A DNA stretch of 63,793 bases, the filler included. It is 8 parts of 8 records of this genome, joined end to end, with 100 filler letters (N's around TTAATTAATTAA, not from the genome) between each part and the next. Parts side by side here need not be neighbours in the genome. Positions count along the whole stretch, not along the records: positions 5,271 to 11,603 come from SRR31156797_39413; positions 11,704 to 19,434 come from SRR31156797_39416; positions 19,535 to 32,367 come from SRR31156797_39424; 5 more parts are not named here. One strand, 5' to 3'. Within the stretch, counting starts at the first letter, position 1. Every line of letters begins with the position of its first letter. Under the pieces are notes generated by a model. That model saw only the letters and a list, made by a program, of their open reading frames with translations, was not told the DNA's origin and searched no databases. The position numbers and the translations under genes were made by a program. Below are positions 9,406 through 19,710 of this stretch, piece after piece.

Positions 9406-10564
9406 GGCGATCCAGGCGTTACCGAAGCTGGATGAAAAACAGATCAAAAATCTTATCGACGCCCTGGCCCAGGAGGTCATGGACATAGAACTCCTGGAGA
9501 TGGTTATCTCATCCCTTCCCTACGGCGTTATCGTCGCCAGGCCGGATCATAGGATTCAGTTTATCAACATCCCGGCCCGCAGGATGCTTCCCATGCACTC
9601 CCACGGCGTGGAAGAGATGAAGGCCTGGGAGGTCATACTGGATCATGATATCTCCAGCTTCGTCCAGTCCTCGCTTATCGAGGCCGAAACCGTGAAACCC
9701 CGGGATTTCACTCTGGAAACCCTGGGACGGGACGTGACCCTGGCCGTGGGGGTCATGCCCGTGGTCAAAGACGGAACCATACAGGGCGATTTCATCTACT
9801 TTGAGGATGTGACCGAGAAGAGACAGGAAGAGGCCAGGCTGCGCAGGGCGGAGAACCTGGCGTCCATGACGACCATGGCAGCCAGCGTGGCCCATGAGAT
9901 AAAGAACCCCCTGGGCAGCATCAGCATCCATCTCCAGCTGATGCAGAAATCCCTGGACGCGGGAAAGGAGGGCTGCCGGGAGGATCTCGAGGACTATCTC
10001 TCCATCATCAGCGAAGAGGTGGAGCGGCTCAACTCCATCGTGGTGGACTACCTTTTTGCGGTCCGCCCTATGAACACCCATCCCCAGCCCACGGACCTCA
10101 ACGCCTTGATACGGGAACTGGCCACCTTTATGCAGTACGAGCTGATGGAGGCCGATATCGACCTGGAAGAGCTGCTGGCATCGGACATACCCTTTCTCGA
10201 GCTGGATGAGAATCTGATAAAGCAGGCCCTCCTGAATATCTTCAAGAACGCCATCGCCGCCATGCCGGGGGGCGGGAATCTGAAGATCTGCACGAAAACC
10301 CGGGAGAACAGCGTGATCATCAGGATCAGCGATACGGGCATCGGCATCCCCCAGGAAGAGGTGGGCAAAATCTTCGAACCTTATTTCACAACCAAGACAG
10401 AGGGGAACGGACTGGGACTGACTATCGTCTACAAGGTGATCAAGGAACACGGAGGAGAAATCAAGGTCGTTTCCAGGGAGAGCGAGGGGACGGTGTTTAC
10501 CATCATGCTGCCCCTTCCCCAGAGGGACAGGAAGCTGCTGCCCTGGAACGGAGAGGCACAATGA
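9386..10564 (+). CDS. Cytoplasmic PAS sensor histidine kinase (NtrB/Hk2-like)
   Basis: AHEIKNPL H-box, N-box, DTGIG, FEPYFTTK, GLGL. No TM segment. Confidence 0.93.
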   Translation: MRHFVTKAIQALPKLDEKQIKNLIDALAQEVMDIELLEMVISSLPYGVIVARPDHRIQFINIPARRMLPMHSHGVEEMKAWEVILDHDISSFVQSSLIEAETVKPRDFTLETLGRDVTLAVGVMPVVKDGTIQGDFIYFEDVTEKRQEEARLRRAENLASMTTMAASVAHEIKNPLGSISIHLQLMQKSLDAGKEGCREDLEDYLSIISEEVERLNSIVVDYLFAVRPMNTHPQPTDLNALIRELATFMQYELMEADIDLEELLASDIPFLELDENLIKQALLNIFKNAIAAMPGGGNLKICTKTRENSVIIRISDTGIGIPQEEVGKIFEPYFTTKTEGNGLGLTIVYKVIKEHGGEIKVVSRESEGTVFTIMLPLPQRDRKLLPWNGEAQ

Positions 10565-11603
10565 AATTCAATTTGCTGGTCGTCGACGACGAGAAGAACA
10601 TCAGGCAGGGGCTGGCCAAGTCCCTGGAGCTGGACGGTTACCAGGTCTACACCGCCGAAGACGGCGGCGAGGCCATGAAGGTGATGGTCAAGGCCGAGAT
10701 CGATCTGGTCATCACGGACCTGAGGATGCCCCGGGTTTCGGGTGAGGAGCTTCTGAAGAAGGTCTCCTCTTCCTATCCCACCGTACCGGTCATCATCCTG
10801 ACGGGCCACGGCACCGTCGAGAACGCCGTGGACGCCATGAGAGACGGCGCCTATGACTTCCTGACCAAACCCCTCAATCTGGACAGGCTGTCTCTGCTGG
10901 TGAAAAGGGCCCTCTCCTCAAGAGAACTGGTCATCAAGCACAGGGAGCTGCAGGAAGAGGTCCGCAAGCTGGAAAACCGCAAGAGCAGAAGCAGCATCAT
11001 AGGCAAGAGCAGCGCCATGCAGCGGGTCTTCGAGCTGATCCAGCAGGTCGCCTCCACCAGGGCTTCCGTGCTGATCACGGGGGAAAGCGGCGTCGGCAAG
11101 GAGATGGTCGCCGACGCCATTCACCAGGAATCCCAGCGGGCGGAAAAGCCCTTTGTCAAGGTGCACTGCGCGGCCCTTTCCGAGTCCCTGCTGGAGAGCG
11201 AGCTCTTCGGGCATGAGAAGGGCGCCTATACGGGGGCCGTCTCCCAGCGCAAGGGGCGGTTCGAGCTTTCCGAGGGGGGGACCATCTTCCTTGACGAGAT
11301 CGGCGAGATCAATCCCTCGGTTCAGATCAAGATCCTCCGCGTTCTTCAGGAACGGTCTTTCGAGAGGGTGGGGGGGAGCCAGACCATAACGGTGGACACC
11401 CGCATCGTCACGGCTACGAACAGGGATCTGAAAAAAGAGATCGCTGAAGGGAACTTCCGGGAGGACCTTTACTACAGGCTGAACGTGGTGAATATCCATA
11501 TCCCCCCCCTGAGAGAGCGGAAGGATGATATCCAGCTGCTCGCCAGCGCCTTCCTCAAGGAGTTCGCCGAGGAGAACGGCAAACAGCTGGAAGGCATTGA
11601 CAA
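10561..11603 (+). CDS. Sigma54-dependent response regulator (NtrC/Rrp2-like), 3'-truncated
   Basis: REC domain, GESGVGKE, ESELFGHEKGAYTGA, FLDEIGE, FREDLYYRLNV. Confidence 0.95.
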
Positions 11604-11703
11604 NNNNNNNNNNNNNNNNNNNNNNNNNNNNNNNNNNNNNNNNNNNNTTAATTAATTAANNNNNNNNNNNNNNNNNNNNNNNNNNNNNNNNNNNNNNNNN
11701 NNN

Positions 11704-11733
11704 TTAAAACCTCTTGTTAACAAGAGGTTTTAA
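11704..11733. terminator. Intrinsic terminator-like hairpin
   Basis: Perfect inverted repeat TTAAAACCTCTTG-ttaa-CAAGAGGTTTTAA. Confidence 0.6.
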
Positions 11734-12023
11734 TTATTTTTAAGCACATAAAGTTTATTATTCTAGTAAGAAAAGAGGAGGGAAAGTTTGCTAAAATAAC
11801 CGCAGTAAGTAAATTATTCTTTGCTCATACACTTTTTACTATAGCAACACATAGAAAAAGTGAGTCATATATAAATTTATTAGAAAACAATCAATATACT
11901 GTGTATAATGGTAGTGTTATCTTAGATATATTGAAATGAGTAAAAAAAATCAAAATTTGTATTATTAGAGCAAGCACTTATAAAGCCTTATTTTCCAAGA
12001 AAAATCAACAAGGAGATAAACTC

Positions 12024-13754
12024 ATGAAACTAACTATAAAGGAACAAGGAAATATCCATACACTTGATATTAATAAAGGTGAAAACCTCTTACATTCAAT
12101 AATAAATAACGATATACACATTTCCGCAGCTTGTGGAAGTAATAAAAAATGTGGTAAATGTAAAGTTAAAGTTTTAAGTGGTGAATTTGAGTATAAAAAA
12201 GAAGAGCTTAAATTCATTAACCAGGAAGAGCGCGATGAAATGATAATACTTGCATGTTATCATGATATTTACAGTGATATGAGTATTGAGATCATTAACG
12301 AGAGTAATAACATTTCCGCTATTTCTCACTATGAACATATTGAAGGCATTAAGCATAAATATACTATCAAAACTATTAGTAAAATAGATGAATCTCTTGA
12401 TAATAACAAAACGATTACTGAAAAAATCAATGATTTCTTTAAAACTAATTATAAATACTCAATTAAAGCTCTAAAACAACTGAGTAAATTAAATGAATAT
12501 AAAAATATTAGTCTGCTAATACAAAACGATGAAATGATAATAAATATATCAAACGATGAAATTCCAAAGGTTTATGGTTACGCTATCGATATTGGAACTA
12601 CAACAGTTGCTCTTTGTTTAATAGAATTGATCTCTGGAAATATTATAGAAAAGAAAACTTTTCTAAATCCTCAAAGTAAATTTGGTGCTGATGTTGTCAG
12701 CAGAATTCAATTTAATAATCAAAGTAAAGAGAGCTCAAAACTTCATAAAGAGATAATCAGTGCAATAAATACAGAAATCATAGAGAGTATAAATAGAAAT
12801 AAAATTTTCTCTGAAAATATTATTGAGCTTGTTTTCTCGGGAAATACAACTATGATATATTTCCTATTAGATATGAATCCTAATAAATTAGCTCAGGCAC
12901 CATTTACTGTAGTCGATGCTGATATGCAGAAGCTTAACTATCATGAAGTTTTTGATAATTATTGTCTCAATGCTCAAATAACTATTTTACCTGCTGTTTC
13001 AGCCTATGTAGGAGCTGATATTATAGCAGGTATGTATCAATGTTACTTTAATTCAGTTGCTACTAATTTGCTACTAATAGATATTGGAACTAATGGTGAA
13101 ATGGCAATAAAAAGAGGAGATAAAATCTACTGTGCATCCACTGCTGCCGGTCCGGCTTTTGAGGGGGCAAACATTACTCACGGTATTGGTAGTATAGACG
13201 GAGCTATTGCAGAGATTAAAAGAGCTGAGGATAAGTTTGAAATTAAAACAATTAATGACAAAACAGCTATTGGAATTTGTGGCTCAGGACTCATTGATAT
13301 AGTGGCCGAAGGATTAAACTCAGGAGATATAGAAGACACAGGTTATCTAAAACATGAAGAGTATATAATTTATGAAAGCAATAATAAAAGAATTAGTCTT
13401 TTCCCAAAAGATGTAAGAGAGTTGCAGCTTGCTAAATCAGCTATTGCTGCGGGAATAGAGGTTTTATTATCAGAAGCTGACTTAAGTTATGAAGATATTG
13501 ACACTCTTTATTTAGCTGGAGGATTCGGCAATCACGTAAATATAGATAATGCAATAAGATTAGGGCTTATTCCTTCGGAATTAAGAGAAAAAGTAAAAAC
13601 AGTCGGTAATAGCTCTCTCGGAGGAGCTGTACATACCTTATTAGATAAAAATTCTGAAGATATTATTTATAGTATCAAATCTAAAGTTAATTATATCGAA
13701 CTTTCATCTAATATAAAATTTAACGAAGAGTATGTAAATAAAATGTTTTTTTAG
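12024..13754 (+). CDS. RACo/ASKHA-domain reductive activator of corrinoid proteins (DUF4445) with N-terminal 2Fe-2S domain
   Basis: CGSNKKCGKC...LAC, AIDIGTTTV, FGADVVSRI, DIGTNGE, AAGPAFEG, GICGSG, LAGGFG. Confidence 0.92.
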   Translation: MKLTIKEQGNIHTLDINKGENLLHSIINNDIHISAACGSNKKCGKCKVKVLSGEFEYKKEELKFINQEERDEMIILACYHDIYSDMSIEIINESNNISAISHYEHIEGIKHKYTIKTISKIDESLDNNKTITEKINDFFKTNYKYSIKALKQLSKLNEYKNISLLIQNDEMIINISNDEIPKVYGYAIDIGTTTVALCLIELISGNIIEKKTFLNPQSKFGADVVSRIQFNNQSKESSKLHKEIISAINTEIIESINRNKIFSENIIELVFSGNTTMIYFLLDMNPNKLAQAPFTVVDADMQKLNYHEVFDNYCLNAQITILPAVSAYVGADIIAGMYQCYFNSVATNLLLIDIGTNGEMAIKRGDKIYCASTAAGPAFEGANITHGIGSIDGAIAEIKRAEDKFEIKTINDKTAIGICGSGLIDIVAEGLNSGDIEDTGYLKHEEYIIYESNNKRISLFPKDVRELQLAKSAIAAGIEVLLSEADLSYEDIDTLYLAGGFGNHVNIDNAIRLGLIPSELREKVKTVGNSSLGGAVHTLLDKNSEDIIYSIKSKVNYIELSSNIKFNEEYVNKMFF

Positions 13755-13767
13755 GGAATTAACAAAA

Positions 13768-13805
13768 AATATAAAAACTCCCGGTAAAATGGGAGTTTTT
13801 ATATT
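13768..13805. terminator. Bidirectional terminator between convergent genes
   Basis: AATATAAAAACTCCC-8nt-GGGAGTTTTTATATT. Confidence 0.8.
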
Positions 13806-15067
13806 TATGAATAAATCTCTTCAAGTTCTCTTGCAACTATTCTCTGTACCTGAGCATGCAGATCATACAGGTCATCTAGTTCTTTCTCTATAATCTCATA
13901 CATGATACTGTTTACTTTCGGTTTTATCTCTTCACTTATGATAGCTCTTACTTTCTCTACCGGGAAAGCAGGTCTATATGCTCTTGCTTCACAAAGAGCT
14001 GTAATTACATTGGCACTATATATTGCCTGTAACTCTACTGAAGCTGTATTAGTGTTTTCCAATTTATCAAATTCTGAATGTTCATTTATCCATTCACTTA
14101 TTCTTTCAAAGCCCTTAATTGATTTAACAATTTTAGTCGTATAAAATTTAGTATACTGAATTTTTTCATATTCCTCTTCAGTAAGTTTTGAGTTTTTCTC
14201 CCAAATCTCATTTGGAACTATGATTTTACCGATGTCATGCAGATATCCCGCTAATCTTATCTCCTGACACTTACTCTCATTAACTCCGTATGATTTAGCC
14301 AGTGAATAAGCTATTTTTCCAACAGAATTAGAGTGAGAAATAGAGTATTTAGATCTATAATCTATAATTTTACTATAGATTAGAGTAAACTCTTCCAATA
14401 CTTCATAATCAACGATTTCAATAATATCATCTATGTTTATCCATTTGAACACTTCTTTTAATGTTAATGAATCAATATCATACCAGAACTCTATATCAGC
14501 TTCGACTTCACCTAAGAAGTGAAAAAAACTATCCGGATAATACACAGGTCTATCTTTTATAAATTGAGTTAATTTTGATTTTTGCTTAATCGCTACATCC
14601 ACAGGATCAAACAGAAGCTCGATTTGATTAGCAAATGAAATTACCATCGCTTCCAGCGGCACTACTTTCTTTTTCATATCATATTCTCTATTATCAATAT
14701 GATGATTTTTAACTATTGATGATATTTTCTTCATAGTAAAAGAGTATATCATTTTCGAACCTAATACAGCATGAACATCTTGCTTATTAGATTCCATACC
14801 TTTTAACTGTTTCCTATCATCTTTATTCATGAAACCAATATCATGAAGTAAAGCACTTAAAGTTAATATACTGATTTTTTTGTCAGAAAAATTATATTTT
14901 TTTGCCAAATAATATGCTATTATCGCAACTCTTTTTTGATGCTCTCCTATTGTAGGATTTATATTAGCATAAAGTGATAAAATAGAAAAAATCAGTTGTT
15001 TAATAGTTTCACTATTTGCCATTTCAAGTTTTCTGTTAATATCTCTCTTAAATTCAAAACCTTCCAC
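13805..15067 (-). CDS. Tandem HD / HD-GYP domain protein (degenerate)
   Basis: Two LHDIG motifs, EHQKRVA, HSNSV, R.YRPA. GTG start at 15067 inferred (ORF extends to 15085). Confidence 0.8.
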   Translation of the reverse strand: MEGFEFKRDINRKLEMANSETIKQLIFSILSLYANINPTIGEHQKRVAIIAYYLAKKYNFSDKKISILTLSALLHDIGFMNKDDRKQLKGMESNKQDVHAVLGSKMIYSFTMKKISSIVKNHHIDNREYDMKKKVVPLEAMVISFANQIELLFDPVDVAIKQKSKLTQFIKDRPVYYPDSFFHFLGEVEADIEFWYDIDSLTLKEVFKWINIDDIIEIVDYEVLEEFTLIYSKIIDYRSKYSISHSNSVGKIAYSLAKSYGVNESKCQEIRLAGYLHDIGKIIVPNEIWEKNSKLTEEEYEKIQYTKFYTTKIVKSIKGFERISEWINEHSEFDKLENTNTASVELQAIYSANVITALCEARAYRPAFPVEKVRAIISEEIKPKVNSIMYEIIEKELDDLYDLHAQVQRIVARELEEIYS

Positions 15068-15547
15068 TAAATCACAGCCCTTCAAATTTATAGTAAATTG
15101 ATTTAGAATACAATATTCATAAATAAAAGTTTTCTAATCACAGTTAACTAATAAATCTAATAGAGTATAGAGATTTTAAAGAGTTAACTATATATTATTC
15201 AAATAAATTTAATCCCTTATATTTATTATATAATTTCTTAGCTTGTATGTAAAGTTTAATTCTTAAGATATTTTACTTAAAATTTATATATTTCCCTTTT
15301 ATTTTTAATTTTTCTTAAATAATATTATGGTTGTTTTTTTTTATAAATTATATATTAATAGTATTTTAGACAATTATTTTAGTTAGTTTTATGATGATTA
15401 TCAAAATATAAATTTACACACACAAACTGATTTCGACTCTTATTGTTTCCTTTTATCATTGATATTTTATGTTATTTGTTATATAATATCTATATTTTAC
15501 GTTGTAAATACAGGTATCAGGGATTTTAAGAAAGTTTTTGAGGTGAG

Positions 15548-15964
15548 ATGAATATGAACATTATTAACTTTTCTCTCCTTGGACGAAATAATAAGATATT
15601 AAAGTCTGATCTGGAGAAGAAAGAAAACTCTACAGAAAAACTTGAAAATGGTGAAGTTAAAGACATCACCACTTTTGAAGAAGTTTTGGAAATGAAAAAA
15701 GAGGAAATAAAAGAGTTTGCTAAGCTTGATAACTCTGAGATGAAAATTGAAACACAGCAAATAAAAGAAATAGAAGAAGTTAATGAAATAAAAGAAGTTA
15801 AAAATGAAAAAGAAATTGTTGCATTGGATCAAAGCAACAATGAGTCTATGACTAGCTTAAATGCCAGCAAAACTAATTCGACTGATTATTACACGAATCA
15901 GTCATCAATGGTAATCAGAAATCAGTTTTTATATGATTACTTAAATGGAAATAAAACATTATAA
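15548..15964 (+). CDS. Hypothetical E/K-rich low-complexity protein
   Basis: RBS GAGGTG, 138-aa ORF in AT-rich DNA, downstream terminator. Confidence 0.65.
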   Translation: MNMNIINFSLLGRNNKILKSDLEKKENSTEKLENGEVKDITTFEEVLEMKKEEIKEFAKLDNSEMKIETQQIKEIEEVNEIKEVKNEKEIVALDQSNNESMTSLNASKTNSTDYYTNQSSMVIRNQFLYDYLNGNKTL

Positions 15965-16010
15965 TTCCCTACTATTCCCGGATTACCTTGTATACTAAAC
16001 GTTAAATTTT

Positions 16011-16036
16011 GCGCTGACAATGTGTCAGCGCTTTTT
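16011..16036 (+). terminator. Intrinsic terminator
   Basis: GCGCTGACA-atg-TGTCAGCGC-TTTTT. Confidence 0.75.
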
Positions 16037-16256
16037 ATATAATTTTATGTTATAATCTTAAGATATAAATCTTAAGAACTTTGCGTAATATATTAAAATT
16101 AAAAAAATCATTATGTTAAATCTATTATTTTGATGCTTTAGCTATTAAAAGTAGTGAATTTGTAGACAATTAGATGTTTTTTGAGTTAAATCTATTTAAT
16201 TTTTCATCAAAAAACATCCTTATGCAAAGCTCTTATCTTATTTTGGAGGATATACT

Positions 16257-18206
16257 TTGAATAAAACTATTGGAGTAATTGCTCATGTTGATGCAGGAAA
16301 AACAACTCTATGTGAGAGGTTACTTTATCATACTAATACAATTAAAAATCTAGGACGGGTTGATCATAAAGATACTCATATGGACTCTCATCAAATTGAA
16401 AAAGATCGGGGAATTACCATATTCTCTGAGCAGGCTAACATTTCTTACAAAAATGATAATTATTATTTAATTGATACTCCCGGGCATATAGATTTTTCTC
16501 CGGAAATGGAAAGAAACCTAATGGTTATGGACTACGCAATTATAATTATCAGTGCTGTAGAAGGAATACAGGGACATACTGAAACTGTATGGAAACTGCT
16601 TCAAAGACATAATATTCCTACTTTTTTCTTTATTAATAAAACTGATCGTGTAGGTGCAGACCCCCGGAGAGTTCTTCAGGAGATTAAGGAAAATTTGACT
16701 GCAAATACAGATATTATTCATAATTCTCTAAAAGATGAATTAGAAGAAAATACCATTGAAACTATTGCTGATCTTGATTATGAACTTTTGGAGATGTATC
16801 TAGAAGGACATTATGATAAAGATACTTGGATCAAACATACGAAAATTTTAATGAAAGAGCTAATGTTTTACCCTTGTTTTGTTGGTTCGGCACTTCAAGA
16901 TCACGGTGTTATTGAATTTTGGGATAATCTGCATATTTTAACTGAAACTAAATATGACTCATGTAATGATCTTAAAGCTAAAATCTATAAAATAAGACAT
17001 GATAAAGATGGAAACAGAGTTTCATTTCTTAAACTGGAAAGTGGTTCTATTAAGATAAAAGATGAAATAAGTTATGAAATAAATGGAAAAATAATTAATG
17101 AGAAAATAAATCAGATTAGAGTATATAGCGGAAATGAGTATACACTTGTTGAGTCAGCCGAAGCTGGAGATTTAGTTGCTGTATGTGGTCTAAATCATTT
17201 ACACATTGGAATGAATCTTGGTGATTCTAATAGTAAAAACATCTTCGATATGCAGGCTGCACTTAAATCTAAATTGATATTTGACCCTAAAACAAATATT
17301 ACAGAAATAATTGACGCGCTAAAAATCCTTAATATTGAAGATCCCTCTCTTAAAATGGAGTGGAATCAGACTCTTCAAGAGGTCTATATATCTGTAATGG
17401 GAGTAATTCAACTGGAAGTTATAAAGGAGATTCTTCTGGAAAGATTTAGCTTAAACATAAGTTTTGAAGAACCTGGAATTATTTATAAAGAAACTATTCT
17501 AAGTAGTGTCATTGGAAAAGGACATTTTGAACCATTAAAACATTACGCAGAAGTTCATCTTCGCATTGAAGCCATGCCTCGTAACAGCGGTGTTATTTTT
17601 GAAAATATTTGCTCAACTGATGATTTGAGTCGTGGAAATCAAAACCTTGTAGGACAACATGTGTTGGAAAAAGAGCATAAAGGAATTTTAACAGGAAGTC
17701 CTTTAACAGATATTAGAGTAACTCTCATAACAGGTAGAGGGCACAATAAACATACTTCAGGTGGTGACTTCAGAGAAGCAACATATAGGGCTCTTAGGCA
17801 GGCTTTAGAGAAAACCGAGAACATTATTCTTGAGCCGTTTTATGAATTTAAAATAAAGGTTCACCAAACTCATTTAGGGAAAATTATGTCTGATATTCAG
17901 AAGTATAACGGTAGTTTTGATCCACCGCTTAGCAGAGAAGATAAAGTTACTATAACAGGTCGGGCACCTGTATCATCATTTCTGAATTATCCAAAAGAAC
18001 TTCTCGGATTTACAGGTGGTAAAGGTCTGATTAATCTAAGATTTATTGGTTATGATATCTGCCATGATTCAAAATCTATTATAGATAAATTTGCTTATAA
18101 CAAAGACAGTGACCCTGAATATACTTCATCATCGATTTTTTGCTCAAAAGGACAGGCTTATACTGTTACTTGGGATAATGCTGATAAAGAGATGCACTGT
18201 AAATAA
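16257..18206 (+). CDS. TetM/EF-G-like translational GTPase (GITIFS clade, function unknown)
   Basis: AHVDAGKTT, RGITIFS, DTPGH, NKTD, EDPSL, GHFEPLKHYAEV; RBS GGAGG with TTG start. Confidence 0.9.
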   Translation: MNKTIGVIAHVDAGKTTLCERLLYHTNTIKNLGRVDHKDTHMDSHQIEKDRGITIFSEQANISYKNDNYYLIDTPGHIDFSPEMERNLMVMDYAIIIISAVEGIQGHTETVWKLLQRHNIPTFFFINKTDRVGADPRRVLQEIKENLTANTDIIHNSLKDELEENTIETIADLDYELLEMYLEGHYDKDTWIKHTKILMKELMFYPCFVGSALQDHGVIEFWDNLHILTETKYDSCNDLKAKIYKIRHDKDGNRVSFLKLESGSIKIKDEISYEINGKIINEKINQIRVYSGNEYTLVESAEAGDLVAVCGLNHLHIGMNLGDSNSKNIFDMQAALKSKLIFDPKTNITEIIDALKILNIEDPSLKMEWNQTLQEVYISVMGVIQLEVIKEILLERFSLNISFEEPGIIYKETILSSVIGKGHFEPLKHYAEVHLRIEAMPRNSGVIFENICSTDDLSRGNQNLVGQHVLEKEHKGILTGSPLTDIRVTLITGRGHNKHTSGGDFREATYRALRQALEKTENIILEPFYEFKIKVHQTHLGKIMSDIQKYNGSFDPPLSREDKVTITGRAPVSSFLNYPKELLGFTGGKGLINLRFIGYDICHDSKSIIDKFAYNKDSDPEYTSSSIFCSKGQAYTVTWDNADKEMHCK

Positions 18207-18234
18207 TAAAAATAGATTTTCTATTATAAACTAA

Positions 18235-18268
18235 AAAAAGGAAACCAACTATAGTTTGTTTCCTTTTT
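18235..18268. terminator. Bidirectional terminator
   Basis: AAAAAGGAAAC...GTTTCCTTTTT between convergent genes. Confidence 0.7.
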
Positions 18269-18317
18269 GCTTACTTAATTTTTTTATAATTAATCATTAG
18301 TGCCAACGCTGACACAA

Positions 18318-19205
18318 TTACATCTTTTTATTTATATAATCTGCATCAATTAAAATTGTTTTTTCTACTTTTTTTCCATTTAATAAATCTACAGCCGTTT
18401 TTACACCTAAAAATCCCATATATTTTGGGCGTTGAATTACAGTTCCGGATATGATTCCATTATCAATCCCCTCTTGTATCTCTTGATTATAATCAAATGA
18501 TACAAATATTAATTCAGATTTTTTCTTAGAGCTTTCTATAGCTCTCTTCAATGCCAAAGTACCTATTTCGCCGGGGCAAAAGTAACCTTTTACATCAGGG
18601 TTATTTTTTAATACTTTTTCAAACTTAAGTAATCTATCACCAAAAACCGCTCCACCATACTTATCAACAGCTATTTCAATATTATTCTCTGTTAATACAT
18701 CTATAAAACCTTGTTCTCTCTTATCAGTTGATGCATTTCCTTTTCTTTCTCGCAAAACACCAGCTTTTTTCTTTTTAATAAGTTTAACAAACTCTTCACC
18801 GGCTTTTCTTCCGGCTTTGTAGTTATCTGTAGCTATGAAAGCATCATGATAATTTCCGGATATTTCAGAATCAATAATAACGATTTTTATCCCTTTTGCT
18901 ACAGCTTTTTTTATCACAGAAACTAATTTATTCTTATGACTCGGTGCAATAACAATTGCATCAACATTTTGATTTATAAAATTTTCTATTACTCGTATTT
19001 GCAGATCAACTTTTGCCTCAACAGATGGTCCTCTGTATATAACATCTACATCATATACTCTTTGGGCGTTTATAACTCCCTCTTTTATCTCTTTCCAAAA
19101 TTGATTAATATTCCCTTTCGGTACCACTGCTATACTGTATTGGGAGTAGGAGAATATACTAATTAAAAAATAAGATAAGAAAAAAAGCATATATCCTTTT
19201 TTCAT
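18318..19205 (-). CDS. Sugar (RbsB-like) substrate-binding protein
   Basis: Signal peptide; PKG...FW, DAIVIAP, IATDNY.AG, RE.GF, Q.P..MG..GV. Confidence 0.88.
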   Translation of the reverse strand: MKKGYMLFFLSYFLISIFSYSQYSIAVVPKGNINQFWKEIKEGVINAQRVYDVDVIYRGPSVEAKVDLQIRVIENFINQNVDAIVIAPSHKNKLVSVIKKAVAKGIKIVIIDSEISGNYHDAFIATDNYKAGRKAGEEFVKLIKKKKAGVLRERKGNASTDKREQGFIDVLTENNIEIAVDKYGGAVFGDRLLKFEKVLKNNPDVKGYFCPGEIGTLALKRAIESSKKKSELIFVSFDYNQEIQEGIDNGIISGTVIQRPKYMGFLGVKTAVDLLNGKKVEKTILIDADYINKKM

Positions 19206-19534
19206 TCCAAATTCTCTCCTTTGCTAAAGTTTTTTTGGTAATTTTTTATGCTTATATACAGAGTATACTCTGTATTCTAATAAAATACAACACTCTGCAT
19301 TATATTAAATCTCTGTTTTTTTTGACAATAATTAATCATATTGCTTCTTTTAACTTCATTACACTTTAGAATATATTTATAAATTAACAATTTAGAATTT
19401 ATAGAGATAAATTTTAGTTTCTTTTTGATACATCNNNNNNNNNNNNNNNNNNNNNNNNNNNNNNNNNNNNNNNNNNNNTTAATTAATTAANNNNNNNNNN
19501 NNNNNNNNNNNNNNNNNNNNNNNNNNNNNNNNNN

Positions 19535-19564
19535 CACCTGCTCTACCAGCTGAGCTACCGGGGA
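19535..19564 (-). tRNA. 5' fragment of a tRNA, probably tRNA-Asn (anticodon beyond contig edge)
   Basis: Minus strand TCCCCGG-TA-GCTC-AGCTGGTA-GAGC-A-GGTG gives acceptor strand plus D arm. A U1 start is typical of bacterial tRNA-Asn. Confidence 0.8.
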
Positions 19565-19681
19565 ATGGGATCTATTCATAAGGCCCATGTGGTCGGATCA
19601 AATAAACAGAAACCGTCTTTTATCAGAAATTCATTTGAGGGTCAACAAATTTTTCAAACATTTTTTCGTACGCTATTCAAC

Positions 19682-19710
19682 TTGACACCCATGACCATAC
19701 CTTTTATTTT
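19682..19710 (+). promoter_or_regulatory. Putative sigma70 promoter of selB
   Basis: TTGACA-17bp-TATTTT. Confidence 0.55.

Noticed and set aside
5223-10561. Long antisense ORFs (5223-6785, 6562-7572, 8104-9486, 9509-10561; likewise 37048-37983, 51879-53234)
   Set aside because: They are shadows of well-supported GC-rich genes on the other strand and carry no recognisable motifs.
11770-11870. Cobalamin riboswitch upstream of the RACo gene
   Set aside because: Only AGGGAA and one hairpin are present. The GGTG.AA.TCC, CCC...ACTGT and B12-box elements are missing.
16094-16121. TTATGTTAAAT (perfect XerD arm) as a second dif site
   Set aside because: The would-be XerC arm (TAAAATTAAAA) does not fit, and the contig is extremely AT-rich. 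Not fully excluded.
16257-18206. Calling the GTPase a tetracycline-resistance gene
   Set aside because: It lacks the YSPVST loop of ribosomal protection proteins and has no mobile context.
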